From: Eledone cirrhosa
Taxonomy: Eukaryota
Reading direction: 5' to 3'
NCBI GenBank assembly: GCA_964016885.1
Contig: OZ024740.1
Location: 143,840,001 to 143,904,000 of the forward strand
Length of the DNA: 64,000 nt
Shown here: positions 62,701-64,000 of the stretch, one piece after another
How the letters are laid out: every line of letters begins with the position of its first letter
Position numbering within the stretch: position 1 is the first letter of the stretch
The notes under the pieces: model-generated
Seen by the model: only the letters and a program-made list of their open reading frames with translations
Databases searched by the model: none
What the model was told of the DNA's origin: nothing
Program-made: the position numbers and the translations under genes

Positions 62701-63466
62701 CAGCAATGCTACATGGCAGTGAGACATGGGCATTATGTGCAGAGGACCTGCGCAAACTGGAAATGAACGAAGCATGCATGCTCCATTGGATATGTAATAG
62801 TAATATACGTGAACGGCAAAGCATAAATGAACTAAGTGAGAAATTAGGAATAAAAGGGATCAGATGCTGTTTACTTGAGAGAAGACTGCGTTTGTATGGT
62901 CACGTGATGCGCATGAAAGACGACAGCTATATAAAAAAGTGCAGGGCGATCAAAATTGATGGTAGTTATGGAGTAGGTAGACCCAGAACTACTTGGGACG
63001 ATCTGATAAATTCCGACCTTACACACTTGTACCTCTCTGAGACAATGTCACTGGACCGAGATCTTTGGCGCCACGCAGTAATACAGAAGACCTATGTACA
63101 AGTATACACCGCAACTCATTACCCCTACTCCATCCTCCCTCTCCCACCAGCACCACCCTTTCTCTGTAAAGTTGGTACCACAACATCCAGTCCAAATTAA
63201 TGAGATGGAGATCGTGTAGGTGTCACGACAAAAAAACACACAGTCCACGCTGTAATGTGGTCGTGTAGGTAACACGGTCAAAAGTTCCCAGTTCCAAACT
63301 GTAAATGTGGTTGGTGTTAGGAAGGGCATCCAACTGTAGAAAACCTGCCAGAGAGTCCTATATGAGCGAGACACGATCACCCGACCAACCTTGCCTCCTC
63401 AAGTGGGACAACTCCCATCTAAACCCATGCTAGCATGGAAAATGGACGTTAAACGAAGATGATGAT
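59752..63466 (+). mobile_element. Near full-length RTE LINE (APE endonuclease, RT, PHD finger), multiple frameshifts and stops
   Basis: MNVGTLKG..CCIQETRWRG, YAPQ, AGDLNGH, SQIDYIL; HQGSVLSP, LYSDD; RRLRLYGHV; (GAT)n tail. The 5' boundary is approximate. Confidence 0.95.
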
Positions 63467-64000
63467 ATATATATATATGACGACATAGTCGCATATATGT
63501 TATGGAATACTGTTAGCTTCTCGCTAAAACAATTTCTATACCTTTCATTTATATATTTATACTCGGATTTTTTTCCTAGAGTGCTTAAATTATCTGTGAC
63601 TAATCCCGTTTTTTTAATAAAAACTGCGATAATATTGCTGTTTGCTGAACTCCTTTTGTAGAGTTTTTTTCGGAATGTATTTGACTGTTATTTCTTGTAA
63701 ACAAACATTCATTTCATCCTGACGTCACTAGCCCTGTTTTCCTCATGTGCGTTTTTCATAACCTCGCATATGGTGAACTAGCCAGTTTTAAAATTCCCTT
63801 TTTGGCTTATAAATCTGTGAGAATCCTGGTTATCTGGTTGAGCTCTGCTGATTATTGAAATCCAAGTATTTTAGACTTTATTTTATCATGAGTTAAGGCT
63901 CTATTGATTTTTCCCTGGATTTCACTAAATTCTGTGGATGAATTTATATCCTGATTCTCTTTTGAGATGATTTATTTTAATGTAGGAATTATTTTTCCTA

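Noticed and set aside
63490-64000. Promoter or first exon of another gene (TGACGTCA at about 63720)
   Set aside because: A single motif with no ORF or splice evidence in the window.

Overview
Eukaryotic, AT-rich, repeat-dominated genomic DNA. It is most consistent with an octopod cephalopod, inferred from long (TA)n tracts, (GAT)n-tailed RTE LINEs and tRNA-derived SINEs; no database search was run. One host gene is supported: a 4-exon plus-strand gene (7376-21306, about 440 aa, all GT-AG junctions in phase). It encodes a TGN38/TGOLN2-KCT2(C5orf15)-type type I membrane protein with a signal peptide, a Cys-rich N-terminal domain, about 7 copies of a 23-aa glycosylation-rich repeat, a TM helix and a YKKL sorting motif. 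The rest is mostly decayed mobile DNA: a Ty3/Gypsy element, a Chapaev3-type transposase, CRE- and HERO-type non-LTR fragments, many RTE LINEs carrying a PHD finger inside the RT region, SINEs, Merlin-type TIR elements, MITEs, two solo LTRs and a Helitron-like element. The most notable non-ORF signal is a set of type I hammerhead ribozyme motifs, four near-intact and several decayed. They sit in Penelope-like remnants, in near-perfect palindromes, and in small non-coding units with terminal direct repeats that resemble retrozymes. Folds were worked out by eye, and TE boundaries are approximate unless a TSD is quoted.
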